Under the pieces are notes generated by a model that saw only the letters and a program-made list of their open reading frames with translations, was not told the DNA's origin and did no database searches. This document shows, in pieces, positions 1 through 9,644 of a stretch of 64,000 nucleotides of DNA. The translations under genes and the position numbers were made by a program. Location of the stretch: IMG/VR virus record IMGVR_UViG_3300017919_000016, positions 27,965 through 91,964 of that record; one strand, written 5' to 3'. Positions within the stretch are counted from its first letter, which is position 1, and each line of letters starts with the position of its first letter. The stretch is from a virus. Lineage: Duplodnaviria; Caudoviricetes.

Positions 1-1663
1 CATCTATTAGCTTCGGCAGTGAATTAAGTAGACCCTCGGCCAGTCCGCTGATGATCTGAAAAGCTGCATCAAGAACCAAATCCAGATTATTGATCAGCGT
101 CTGGGCAATCAGAATCACAGCTTCTACAATGGAAGGAACCAGCTCCGGAAGAGCTTCACCAAGACCCATAGCAAGGGTCACTATCATCACAAGGGCTGCT
201 TCTACAAGTGATGGAAGATTGGCGATGATCCCATCCACTAGGGTGAGTACCAGTTGAAGGGCTCCTTCTGTAATCTGAGGTAGGGCTTCAATGAGTCCAC
301 CCACAATGGTCATGATGATATTTGTAGCCGCTTCAATGAGCGTGGGTAGGTTATCTAAAATACCACTAACAAGAGCGAGGACAAGGTCAGGTGCCACTTC
401 GGCTATCGCTGCTATCAGGCCAGTCACCACATCTAAAATCTGTGGAAGGATAACCGCAATCTGATCGACCGTTTGTCTGGCCCCTTCTTTTAGCTCTTCT
501 GCGGCGCCTTCTTGACCGGTGATCAGTCCGGTAAGTCCATCAAGAACCATGGTGAACCCTGGAAGGAGCTGTGAGGTGATATTGTTTTTCACACCTGCAA
601 AAGACCGAGTGAGATTATCCATGGCATCGGTGTAGTTTACCGCTGCATCTATGGATTCATCACTCATCACCAGGCCCAGTTCACTGGCTTTATTCTTTAG
701 GGCGTTGGTACTTTCTGCCGTTTGGTTCAAAAGTGCGCCAAGTTCAACAGAAGACGTGCCAAGAAGGTCATTAGCTATAGCAGCTTTTTCACCTTCATCT
801 GCTATTCCTTGAAGACCTCTTACGGTCATTTCAAAGACCTCTTCCCTGGTTTTTCCCTGAAGGTCCTCCATGGAAATGCCCAGTCTCTCAAACTTCTCTG
901 TTGCAGAAGCACTTCCGTTTATTGCATCATCCACGGTGCTATTTAGCTTTTTCATCCCAGTTTCTAAAGATGAGATGCTGGCGCCATTTTGCGAAAGGAC
1001 ATACTCCCACTGCTGATAGCCCTCTCTCGATAACCCCAACCTTTGACTGGCTTTATCCACTTCGTCTCCGGCAGCAGCTGCATCACTAGCCATATCATAA
1101 AGCTTTTTTCCTGCTCCCACTGCCGCAGTGCCAATGGCTGCCATAGCCACACCAATGCCAGTGGCCACACCTTTCATAACAGAGCCAAGTTTCTCAAACT
1201 TCCCGCCGGAGTCATCTGCTACTTTCGCTGATTCTTTAATTTCATCTCCAAACTTGCCGGCTTTCTTACCTGCATCTTCGAATCCACCAGTTGCTTCATC
1301 AAGAGCTTTGCTATTTTCATCAAGCTCCCGCTCCATCTTGTTCAGATCAGCGTTAGCGTTGTTTAGCTGGATCTGCCAGGCTTTTGTCCGTTTATCATTT
1401 TCACCAAAGGAATCGGCCGCATTTTTAAGGGCAGATTCTAGGGTGCTTATCTTATTTTTCTGAGCATCAATTTCTTTATTCAGAACTTCATTTCTTGCCG
1501 TCACTGCCTGCAGGGATTTATCCTGTTTATCAAACTGGGAAGTGACAAGTTTCATTTCAGAGCCCAGCACTTTGAAATCTCTATTGATCTCGCGCAAACT
1601 ATTCTTGAACTCTTTTTCCCCTTCAACCCCTATTTTCAGGCCAAAGTTGCTATCACCTGCCAT
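1..1663 (-). CDS. Tape measure protein, copy B (truncated by window edge; absent from ORF track)
   Basis: ATG at 1663 (MAGDSNFGLKIG); constant offset 31328 to copy A TMP at both ends. Confidence 0.93.
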   Translation of the reverse strand, partial: MAGDSNFGLKIGVEGEKEFKNSLREINRDFKVLGSEMKLVTSQFDKQDKSLQAVTARNEVLNKEIDAQKNKISTLESALKNAADSFGENDKRTKAWQIQLNNANADLNKMERELDENSKALDEATGGFEDAGKKAGKFGDEIKESAKVADDSGGKFEKLGSVMKGVATGIGVAMAAIGTAAVGAGKKLYDMASDAAAAGDEVDKASQRLGLSREGYQQWEYVLSQNGASISSLETGMKKLNSTVDDAINGSASATEKFERLGISMEDLQGKTREEVFEMTVRGLQGIADEGEKAAIANDLLGTSSVELGALLNQTAESTNALKNKASELGLVMSDESIDAAVNYTDAMDNLTRSFAGVKNNITSQLLPGFTMVLDGLTGLITGQEGAAEELKEGARQTVDQIAVILPQILDVVTGLIAAIAEVAPDLVLALVSGILDNLPTLIEAATNIIMTIVGGLIEALPQITEGALQLVLTLVDGIIANLPSLVEAALVMIVTLAMGLGEALPELVPSIVEAVILIAQTLINNLDLVLDAAFQIISGLAEGLLNSLPKLID

Positions 1664-1689
1664 AGTGCCTCACCTCCTCCTCATTAGGC

Positions 1690-1720
1690 GAAAAAAAAGA
1701 CACCTCGTTTGAAGTGTCTC
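1690..1720 (-). terminator. Rho-independent terminator before TMP (B)
   Basis: AGACACTT/AGGTGTCT stem plus T run on minus strand; equivalent at ~33020-33047. Confidence 0.65.
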
Positions 1721-2486
1721 GAAATGTAACGTTAAAATTTTCAATGTAACAATCGTTCTGTACCATATACAGTTAATATTGTTAAATTATCCTTTTTATT
1801 GAGCCTATTTTATGTCACTTAAAAACTGCTCTTAGAATATCAGTAATTTCATCAAACTGAATACCTTCTGCATAGGGAAACTTCTGCACATATGATTCCC
1901 AAATTGTCTTAAGATCTTCACTTTCCTCTATATCTTTTAAATACTTCTCACTATTCTCTAAATAGATCAATGTGTTTCTTTCTTCAGCTTTCTTTCGAAT
2001 TGCGTTTCTTAGACTTTCTAAATCAATATCATTTCTTCGAAGTGTTAGAAGAATATAAACATCATAATAATCCCTAGCTCTGGTATTTGCCACATTCCGC
2101 GCCAAAATAGACTCAATCTTTTCTGCAAGAATTGTATTTAAATTATACGCTTTTATTGAAATATCACGTTCTTCAAACATAAGCTTAAACGAATATTCTA
2201 CTTCTCTTGGTATGATTACATCTCCAGTAGTGATGTCAATCTTCATATTGACTCTGATCGTAAAGAACTGGGCTTCTACAGAGACTCTGAAATCATCATA
2301 GTCACTAACATCATGGATGTTTTTAATAGCTTTTAGCCTAAAAATTACATTATCATCAAGCTCTATCGATAGAATCTCATTTAATATTTCTTCTATTGCC
2401 TCTCTATTGACAGGAATCCCTTTTATCGTTGTATCCATGTCCATAGTGCTTCTCATATCTATACCAACCATAGCTGCAATCAAGAA

Positions 2487-4072
2487 AGTCAAGTCCGATT
2501 TTGTGTGTAAAAACATATTCGGTACAAATAGTAAATATATGTCAACGCCGAGTTGCTAAAGTGAGTTCGGAGAATACGGGCTTAGTTTCTCAAGTGATCG
2601 CTGAGCACTGGTTCAATATCCTAGCCTAAATAGAAAGGTCAAATCCAAAACTGTGAAGAATGCAGCTGCTCTTACAGAGGCCGCAGACAGCTCTTTGAAG
2701 CCGACAAAATGTTATCCTCAATAGAGACCGCTTAAGCTCCTACAGCAAGGCTCTTCGGCTCATCTATCACTTCTTTTCTTTTGCTTTGCTCCTTCATAAA
2801 GGTATGGTACTCCTCCATATCAAAGTATCTCTTACCTGAGATCCACCTCTCATGTATTTCGAGCAACACCGATCCAATGATGCGGACAATACTATCATCG
2901 TTTGGGAAAATGCTGATAACCCGCTCACGCCTCCGCACTTCTCTGTTCACACGTTCCTGCATATTAGTGGTGCGCAGTCTCTTTCTGTATTTTGAGGGGT
3001 AGTACAGTACGTGGGTGGCATCGTCAAAACCTCGATCAAGGATTTCGATTGCCTTAGGTGCTTTATCTTCAAAGGTAGCAATGATTTCATCTCGGATTTC
3101 ACGTGCGATATCAATCTTCGGTGCGGTGAACATCGCTTGAAGCATTTCTTTGAGTTCAGGACGAATGGACTTCGGCGTTTTTTCGAGAATGTTCCTCGAG
3201 AAGTGTGTCTGGCATCGCTGCCAAGACGCTCCGACAAAATGCTCCTCTATCGCAGCCACTAGACCTTTATGATCATCTGAGACAACCGTTTGAACACCAC
3301 TGATCCCTCGCTCTTTCAGGTTTTCAAATAAGCATGCCCAAGTGTCCTTCGTCTCTGTTTTTTCAACAGCAAACCCTACGATTTCTCTATAGCCGTCCTC
3401 ATTGATTCCACTTGCGATCAGAACTCCGCGGGACTTCACCCTGCCTTGATGTCGCGCTTTTGTGTAGAGGGCATCAACAATTAGGAAAGGGAACTTCTTG
3501 TCGTCGAGCGGGCGATTTCTGAAACTTTCTACGATGGGATCTAGACGCTTGGCTAAGTCGGATATGGTACTTTTGCTGAAGTTTTTGCCGCATAGCGTTT
3601 CAGTGATTTCTCCAACTTTCCGAGTGGATACACCATTGACGTACATTTCCATCATAGTCAACACCAGAGCTTGCTCACTTCGTTGATAGCGCTCAAAGAG
3701 TTCTGTGCTAAAGTCGCCATTTCGTAGCCTGGGAACGGTAAGCGTGAGCGTACCCACGCGAGTCGTCAGTTGACGCTCTCTATGCCCGTTACGATAGGCT
3801 TTACGCTCGGATGTTCTTTCATATTTTTCCGCTTGGATCTGCTCTGTGATTTCGGTTTCTAATACTTGATTAAGAATCTCCTCATGGAGTGTCCTAAATG
3901 CTTGATCTCTACCGTCGATTGAAAAAAGCCCGTGCACGATCTCGCTGTCTACGGTAAAATGAAATTGAGCCATATCTGTCTCCTTTCGGTCCTAATAGTT
4001 GTCTGTCAACTTCTATTATACCGAAGCTTCGGATGTGGCTCATCCTTTTTACACCATTATATGGACTCTATC
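2487..4072 (-). mobile_element. IS256-family insertion sequence with 8-bp TSD ATCAAGAA (2479-2486, 4073-4080)
   Basis: Ends AGTCAAGTCCGATTTTGTGTGTAAAA and GATAGAGTCCATATAATGGTGTAAAA resemble IS256 inverted repeats. Confidence 0.95.
2732..3973 (-). CDS. IS256-family (mutator-type) DDE transposase
   Basis: RNGHRER, VDALY, SDDHKGL, WQRCQTH, TTNMQERVN motifs. Confidence 0.96.
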   Translation of the reverse strand: MAQFHFTVDSEIVHGLFSIDGRDQAFRTLHEEILNQVLETEITEQIQAEKYERTSERKAYRNGHRERQLTTRVGTLTLTVPRLRNGDFSTELFERYQRSEQALVLTMMEMYVNGVSTRKVGEITETLCGKNFSKSTISDLAKRLDPIVESFRNRPLDDKKFPFLIVDALYTKARHQGRVKSRGVLIASGINEDGYREIVGFAVEKTETKDTWACLFENLKERGISGVQTVVSDDHKGLVAAIEEHFVGASWQRCQTHFSRNILEKTPKSIRPELKEMLQAMFTAPKIDIAREIRDEIIATFEDKAPKAIEILDRGFDDATHVLYYPSKYRKRLRTTNMQERVNREVRRRERVISIFPNDDSIVRIIGSVLLEIHERWISGKRYFDMEEYHTFMKEQSKRKEVIDEPKSLAVGA

Positions 4073-4238
4073 ATCAAGAATCCACCTTTGAGGATAAAAT
4101 TGTCTTTGTACTTTGAAATCGAAATTCTTTCTAGAAGCCTTTCCATCATAAAATTCTGAAGCACAGTATTCGCTATCAAATTATTCTCTTTAGCCACATT
4201 GTTAATCCAGTCTTTCAATTGTCTAGGACTACCAACTT

Positions 4239-4838
4239 TCATGTCAACACCTCCATGTATTTTCGAACCAAATCTTTAATATTAAAAACATCGGCATACT
4301 TAAGTAGTTTAGAATAATCTGCTCCGGGAGTTTTCATATATCTTTTGACTGCTTCATTCACTAAATCAGTATCGAGATGTTCTTTCTTTTTTAGGCAGTC
4401 ACAAATGGTTCTTTCTTTATCATATACATAGACTTGATGCCCAAATGGTGTCTCCATGGTAATCCTACCAACTGTATAAAGCTTCTCCGCAATATAAAAG
4501 AACTTATATTTTTCTTTCTCTTTCAGGAGCCTAGTATTGTATCCTGATGGAATTGTCAGCATTAATTGGAAAGGTGTCCTATCTGTTAAATCGTGAAAAT
4601 ATAATGCTGTCTCATGGGAAAAGATACCTTTTTTACATCTGTACTGAGTTAAAAAGTACTCATCTTCCATCTGATCAGGATCCATATATAACCCTTGCTC
4701 AAGTTTTTCAATTTCACCAACCTGATACATACGTTGTAGAGTTTTATAAGCCACACCAGCTTCTTTAGCTTCACCTGATGTCAAAATACCTTTGTTGTCT
4801 TTCAATAGTTTAGTCACTAAATCCTTTTGAGTCATCAA
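4239..4838 (-). CDS. abiEi: AbiEi antitoxin / transcriptional autorepressor
   Basis: wHTH N-terminus, GLY, FSHETALYFHDL, YDKERTICD motifs; overlaps toxin start. Confidence 0.92.
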   Translation of the reverse strand: MMTQKDLVTKLLKDNKGILTSGEAKEAGVAYKTLQRMYQVGEIEKLEQGLYMDPDQMEDEYFLTQYRCKKGIFSHETALYFHDLTDRTPFQLMLTIPSGYNTRLLKEKEKYKFFYIAEKLYTVGRITMETPFGHQVYVYDKERTICDCLKKKEHLDTDLVNEAVKRYMKTPGADYSKLLKYADVFNIKDLVRKYMEVLT

Positions 4839-4851
4839 ATCACCTCCTCAT

Positions 4852-4901
4852 TTGTCATATTCGTTCGTAAATACAATATCATATACGAACGAATATGACA
4901 A
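4852..4901. promoter_or_regulatory. Perfect 18-bp inverted repeat, likely AbiEi operator
   Basis: TTGTCATATTCGTTCGTA-14nt-TACGAACGAATATGACAA; degenerate second copy at ~4991-5040. Confidence 0.8.
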
Positions 4902-5040
4902 CTATTTTTTTGCTAATTTTTAGGAGATGATTCAATTTTACCTTTTATGCTAAAATAACATTTTATGTTAGCACAATTGACAATACCGTTTTGTCATTTT
5001 TGTTCGTATAATTTGTTGTTCATACGCACAAATATGACGC

Positions 5041-5250
5041 CTAAAGCCACGAAGGAATTACATCATCAATAAACAGTTCTCGCTTCGGCTTTGCAATACC
5101 AATGAACTGTTTGTGACATTCCCAAAGGTCCATCAGGTATCCTATAGGCATCAGCCACACCTCATCTTCTTTACGATTAAGATGGGCTGTGCCATAGTAG
5201 ATCAGTCGGGTAAATAACTCCTCATCACTTACCCGACCACCTCGTTTTTT
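5041..5250 (-). CDS. Tail chaperone GT extension via -1 frameshift, copy B
   Basis: A AAA AAC heptamer at 5244-5250; -1 frame reads ..DEELFTRLIYYG..VIPSWL*. Confidence 0.82.
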   Translation of the reverse strand, partial: KKRGGRVSDEELFTRLIYYGTAHLNRKEDEVWLMPIGYLMDLWECHKQFIGIAKPKRELFIDDVIPSWL

Positions 5251-5639
5251 GAGGGTTCACTCTCCACGTTTCTCTTGGTCCCTTTTATCATACTGGCCAT
5301 GATTGCATTCTTATAGCTTGCCAGATCAAAAGGTGTGGTGAGAAGTTCTACTTCATCTTCTGTCAGGAGTTCTTTTTTCTGGTCCTTGTTTCTGATGTTA
5401 TGAATCAAGATAGACTGATTGGCCAGAAGTGTAATCAGCCACACAATCTCAGAAAGCGCCATTTCAAAGTTCTCAGTTTTCATGAGCTTCTCGCCCAGGT
5501 TCTCAAGACCTCCATAACGTCCAGCAATTTCTTTTGTCGCTTTCGTAGTCAGCACCAGTTTAAATTCTGTCCCACCGATTTCTATGGTGGCGCTTCTATC
5601 TTCAGCCGCTTCAGTAAGTTTTACATTTTCATCTGCCAT
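5229..5639 (-). CDS. Tail assembly chaperone (G), copy B
   Basis: Lies between major tail and TMP; slippery site at 3' end. Confidence 0.85.
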   Translation of the reverse strand: MADENVKLTEAAEDRSATIEIGGTEFKLVLTTKATKEIAGRYGGLENLGEKLMKTENFEMALSEIVWLITLLANQSILIHNIRNKDQKKELLTEDEVELLTTPFDLASYKNAIMASMIKGTKRNVESEPSKNEVVG

Positions 5640-5653
5640 TTATTTTCCCTCCA

Positions 5654-6535
5654 TTAAGATACGATTACTGTTGCTACATCAGTGGTGACAGGATCCGCTC
5701 CACTTAAACTCAGCACACAGTAGTAGTAATAGGTATCTGCCAGAAGATCCGTTGGGATATCAAAGCTGGCAGATGTTTCTCCATTAATCGGTGTACCGCC
5801 TGTAGAACTGTCGATGGTGTTTTCATACCACTGATAAGTTACAGGGTTAGACGTATTGGAGCTTGCAACCACAGCGAGACTTCCCGTAATGCTACCAGCA
5901 GTTACTTCTGTGAGTCCTGCAGGTTGAGTCGTAATGGTAATCGCCGGTGTTACCGGAGTAAAGTCCGGTTCATACACAGAAGTAAACCATCCAGAAATGG
6001 TTGATGGGGCAACACCACTGTCTCCCTCAGTGACTTCTGCTTTCCACGGATGCTTATTCTCGCCATCCAGTTTGTTTCGCCTAAAAACCGTTCCTTCTAT
6101 GGTGGGGCTACTAAAGGTTATGGAGTCGCCTTTGGTCGCAAGGCTGGTAGCTGGAACGCTGAAGATAACTCTGTAAAGCCAAAAATATCTATAGCGCCCA
6201 TTGGCCTTCTTAGCACGAAAGCCGATGGCTACGGGGCTTCCTCCATCTTCACTTCTTGAAACCACCACATTGTTGCTGTCGATTTTACACCCAGTCAAAT
6301 CCTGGGCCACGATAGATCCGATATCATCAATCCCAAGTGTCAGTGCACCACTTTTGAATTCCTTCACTACTTCAGAAGCTCCATCATCTGCGTAAAGAAT
6401 CGCTTCAATCAGCTCCACACTTAGTTCTGCTGTCATGGCTTTTGCCAGAACTTTCGGTGTCCCATAGGTTTCGATACCATTTTCATCTTCTGTGATCTTG
6501 GCGTAATATAAACTATCCAAACCAATTGTTGCCAT
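5654..6535 (-). CDS. Major tail protein (phi13 family) with C-terminal Ig-like domain, copy B
   Basis: MATIGLDSLYYA, LYADD; ITTQP..YQWY..YYC Ig-like tail. Confidence 0.92.
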   Translation of the reverse strand: MATIGLDSLYYAKITEDENGIETYGTPKVLAKAMTAELSVELIEAILYADDGASEVVKEFKSGALTLGIDDIGSIVAQDLTGCKIDSNNVVVSRSEDGGSPVAIGFRAKKANGRYRYFWLYRVIFSVPATSLATKGDSITFSSPTIEGTVFRRNKLDGENKHPWKAEVTEGDSGVAPSTISGWFTSVYEPDFTPVTPAITITTQPAGLTEVTAGSITGSLAVVASSNTSNPVTYQWYENTIDSSTGGTPINGETSASFDIPTDLLADTYYYYCVLSLSGADPVTTDVATVIVS

Positions 6536-6573
6536 GTCCTATTCCTCCTTTAAAATAGCTGAGTCAACTTCAG

Positions 6574-6921
6574 CTAAACTTTCAATTCGTATTCTCTTGC
6601 CACATCGATGGCGAAGTGGTGAAAACCGGTATCTTCTTCATATCCCAGATACCTTCTGTCCGTTATGATAAAGCCTGCTCCCAGTAGTGTTATTACCAGT
6701 TCATTCTTTCTCGCCTGGTAGTTACCCTTAGAAAATAAGGAGAGGCGAACTTCCTGTAGTTCTGCACTTGGCAGATCATCAGCGTAATGATCGAAGATAT
6801 CACTCATGGGAGTAAGGACCAGATACTCATCCGGTGCCTTTTTACTAAACACGCCCGTTTCAATGGGGATCCCCAAAGGCTCAAGGACCTCGCCTATATC
6901 TTTCAAGATACTGTTATACAT
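6574..6921 (-). CDS. Tail terminator/completion protein, copy B
   Basis: Synteny; YEEDTGFHH motif. Confidence 0.8.
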   Translation of the reverse strand: MYNSILKDIGEVLEPLGIPIETGVFSKKAPDEYLVLTPMSDIFDHYADDLPSAELQEVRLSLFSKGNYQARKNELVITLLGAGFIITDRRYLGYEEDTGFHHFAIDVAREYELKV

Positions 6922-6941
6922 TTCGCTCGCCCTCCTTATCT

Positions 6942-7373
6942 TTAGATTTTGCTAATCTCTTCATCCAGCTTTCTTTTCATTGCTTCAATACAGGCGTTCC
7001 GGCTGGCTGTTTTTGCCGGTTTTAAGAAGGGCTTTGCGGGCTGACCGGACTTTCCATACTCCAAAATATTGGCTATCTTTGCATTAGACTCCCCGTCTTT
7101 TCGCGGTTCATCAAAGCCCACCTTCACATTGTAATTCCCGTCCCGATCCACACCAGCCGGTGTTACACCAAGAGCATCAATCAGTTCTCCTGTTGATCTT
7201 GATGGAAGTTTTGTGTCACTACCAAGGCTCGCCTGGAGATTGGCTTTCACTTTGGCTTTCACCACTTCGCCACCTGCTTCCAGGACCTTGGGGATGATTT
7301 CATCGGTCTTTTCAGCTAGGGCAGATACCTTTAACAAGAAAGCTTCTGGCATTTTGTAGGTCCCACGAGCCAT
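6942..7373 (-). CDS. HK97 gp10-family neck protein, copy B
   Basis: LEYGKSGQPAKPFLKPA motif. Confidence 0.9.
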   Translation of the reverse strand: MARGTYKMPEAFLLKVSALAEKTDEIIPKVLEAGGEVVKAKVKANLQASLGSDTKLPSRSTGELIDALGVTPAGVDRDGNYNVKVGFDEPRKDGESNAKIANILEYGKSGQPAKPFLKPAKTASRNACIEAMKRKLDEEISKI

Positions 7374-7384
7374 GAAATCACCTC

Positions 7385-7723
7385 CTAGTCCTTCGTGGCT
7401 TCTAACTTTTCTGCTGCTACTTCTAAGTAAAATCCCATAATAACCTCAACGCTTAGGATCCGGTACTCACCGGTGTCACAGCGAATGAGCATACCAGGTT
7501 CAATCACCACATTAGGAGTCCTTCTAAACTGAAAGGTGGCACTTGCTTTGGTGTAGGCGGCCATATTGGCCCACTTCCTTGAGCCATGCCTTTCATCCCT
7601 GTACGCACGAACACTGGCGATAATTTCTTCTCCCTTAGAAGAGAATCCTTCATCGTCCTTGATGGGAATCGTATCGATGATGTCGATTCGGGTGTTCATC
7701 TTCCCAAAGCTCATACCCTTCAC
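7385..7723 (-). CDS. Head closure protein, copy B
   Basis: MSFGKMN..DDEGF motif, synteny. Confidence 0.85.
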   Translation of the reverse strand: MKGMSFGKMNTRIDIIDTIPIKDDEGFSSKGEEIIASVRAYRDERHGSRKWANMAAYTKASATFQFRRTPNVVIEPGMLIRCDTGEYRILSVEVIMGFYLEVAAEKLEATKD

Positions 7724-7832
7724 CTGCCTTTACTGCCTTCTCCTCATAACCATGACTGCGATCCTTTCGTCTGCCTTTTCGGTAGCATCTTTTCTGACGT
7801 TTCCTTCTTTTCTTCACCCATAGTCGTTTCAT
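7650..7832 (-). CDS. Arg/Lys-rich 60-aa microprotein overlapping head closure gene, copy B
   Basis: TGATG coupling to connector stop; mostly synonymous differences from copy A. Confidence 0.6.
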   Translation of the reverse strand: MKRLWVKKRRKRQKRCYRKGRRKDRSHGYEEKAVKAGEGYELWEDEHPNRHHRYDSHQGR

Positions 7833-8140
7833 CAGACCTCCCACTCCTTTCCCATGCGTAGAAGTAGATGTACTGTCTTCCACACCTGTTCTGAAGCACT
7901 GACATTGTCATTAAAAAAGCCACCGGTGGAGCCATCGCGACTCTCATAAAAATGAGAGGCTAGCATGATGACCCCTTGCTCGGTAGCCGGTGACATGGTG
8001 TTTTCTTTATAGAAGTTCGCACCTAGATGCTGATAACCTTCGGCATAGCTAATGGCGGCAGCAATCAAACCTTCCAGTAAGGCATCATCCTCATTATGGG
8101 TTACAATGAGATTTGCTTTTACCTTCTCAAGAAGCGCCAT
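7832..8140 (-). CDS. Head-tail connector (gp6-like), copy B
   Basis: LLEKVK.NL..EDDALL..SHFYESRD. Confidence 0.92.
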   Translation of the reverse strand: MALLEKVKANLIVTHNEDDALLEGLIAAAISYAEGYQHLGANFYKENTMSPATEQGVIMLASHFYESRDGSTGGFFNDNVSASEQVWKTVHLLLRMGKEWEV

Positions 8141-8146
8141 CTACCA

Positions 8147-8371
8147 TCACTCGCTTTCCATAAGGCCAGCGGCTTTTAGCTTAGCAAGTAAGGCATTGAA
8201 ATCTGCAACCAGGTCCGCCACATCCACAGCGGTGCTGTCTGCTTGAACAGCTGCAGGTTTCAGTTCCGTCCCATCAAAGGTGACTTTTCCTTCTGCAGTT
8301 ACAGCAAGCTCTCCACCAATTACGGTCTTATCGCCACCCTGCTCAGTATAGTTTTTCGTGTTATATCCCAT
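8147..8371 (-). CDS. Head fiber/decoration protein, copy B
   Basis: YNTKNYTEQGG..LVADFNALLAKLKAAGLM; follows capsid gene. Confidence 0.7.
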   Translation of the reverse strand: MGYNTKNYTEQGGDKTVIGGELAVTAEGKVTFDGTELKPAAVQADSTAVDVADLVADFNALLAKLKAAGLMESE

Positions 8372-8435
8372 GGTTTTCCCTCCTTATCAAAGTGAAAGGA
8401 AGGCAGTAACTAGGACCACCTTCCTATTAGATTAC

Positions 8436-9644
8436 TTAGGCCTTTTGCTGAAGCACCTTGATGGCTTCAGGAAGGATCAGCTTCGCATCCAGTCTCTGGG
8501 ATGCAAGGAAACCCACCTGACCACTTGCTGCATAGAGTTCGTTCAGACGCTTGAAGGTTCTACCCTGACGATCAGCAATCCAGTAGTACTTGAAGTCTCC
8601 GAAGAGAATGGTCTTCTCCCCCGCTGCAGCTGTTGGCATGTACTGAGAAGTTGCCACTGGACGATTGAGAATCGTATCCGGTGTGCCCGCCTGAACAGAT
8701 GGCTGCCACAGGTACTGACCCTGACCATCTTTCAGCTTTCTGATGGCCTTGATGGTTGCATCGTTCACAAGGAATGTCGCATTCTTTCTGTAGGCCGACT
8801 TCAAGCTGTGGTAAAGGTCCAGCACTTCATCAATGGTGATGGCTGTCGCACTTGCTGCGGTCACACCGAGGCTTGCTCCACCGGTTGTATGAAGAAGACC
8901 TGTAGGTTTGCTGCTTCCGTTTCCAGTGAGGAATGCTTCCTCTTCAGCTGCTCCGATTCTTCTTGCAAACTCAGCTGCAATGTAGGCTTCAAGGTCGAAG
9001 TAGCTGTCATTAAGAAGCTCGTCAGAAACCTTCAGCATGGTACCAAGTTTGTAGGCCGACAAGGTCACCTGAGTGAACGCATCGTCGCTTTCAGTGAAGG
9101 CGGCTTCCTCGTCCATCCATGTAGCGGATCCATGACTCGCCACCACAGGAATCTTTCTATCCCCGTAGCTGGTCGTAATCACGTTGCACAGATTTCTAAG
9201 AAGGTTCGCCTCTTGAAGTGCCTGAATCAGCTGGTTCTCATACTCATCCGGTACAAGGAAGCCACCTTCTGAATCGGTACCGATTTGAAGCGCATTGTGA
9301 ACAGCAGGGTTCATCTTGTTTCTCATAGCACCCCAAAAGGCACTCTTATAGGCATCGGATGCTCTACCAGTTTTCTCTTCGGTCATCTTCTCAGGTCTTG
9401 ATGCAAGAGGTTTGCTAAGGGCAGCTGAAAGTTCCCTATCCATCATCTCCTGACGCTCAAGACGCTCGATTTCCTTTCCAAGGTTGACCACTTCATCTTC
9501 CATCTTTTCATAGACGGCATTGTCCTCAGGTTTGATCAGACCATTCTCCTGACGATGTTCATCCAGGAAGCCTTTAGCCTGTTCCCAAACCTTGGCACGT
9601 TTCTCTCTTAGTTCTTGAATTTTACTCATATTCATTACCTCCAA
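8436..9644 (-). CDS. Major capsid protein, HK97 family, copy B
   Basis: Coiled-coil delta domain, GGFLVP, KLKDGQGQYLW, GDF motifs. Confidence 0.96.
   Translation of the reverse strand: MEVMNMSKIQELREKRAKVWEQAKGFLDEHRQENGLIKPEDNAVYEKMEDEVVNLGKEIERLERQEMMDRELSAALSKPLASRPEKMTEEKTGRASDAYKSAFWGAMRNKMNPAVHNALQIGTDSEGGFLVPDEYENQLIQALQEANLLRNLCNVITTSYGDRKIPVVASHGSATWMDEEAAFTESDDAFTQVTLSAYKLGTMLKVSDELLNDSYFDLEAYIAAEFARRIGAAEEEAFLTGNGSSKPTGLLHTTGGASLGVTAASATAITIDEVLDLYHSLKSAYRKNATFLVNDATIKAIRKLKDGQGQYLWQPSVQAGTPDTILNRPVATSQYMPTAAAGEKTILFGDFKYYWIADRQGRTFKRLNELYAASGQVGFLASQRLDAKLILPEAIKVLQQKA

Larger units (their letters stand above)
1815..4242 (-). pseudogene. abiEii: AbiEii nucleotidyltransferase toxin (type IV TA), interrupted by IS256
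   Basis: Removing the IS and one TSD restores an 834-nt ORF: FILKGGFL-IAAMVG..RSTMDMD..EKIESIL..RARDYYD. Confidence 0.92.

Noticed and set aside
1815-2516. Independent 233-aa gene and 61-aa gene (4057-4242)
   Set aside because: These are the two halves of abiEii; their novel termini come from IS sequence.
8358-9272. 304-aa plus-strand ORF and other antisense ORFs (e.g. 25975-26652, 47886-48434)
   Set aside because: They shadow well-supported minus-strand genes; the 304-aa frame is not preserved in copy A.
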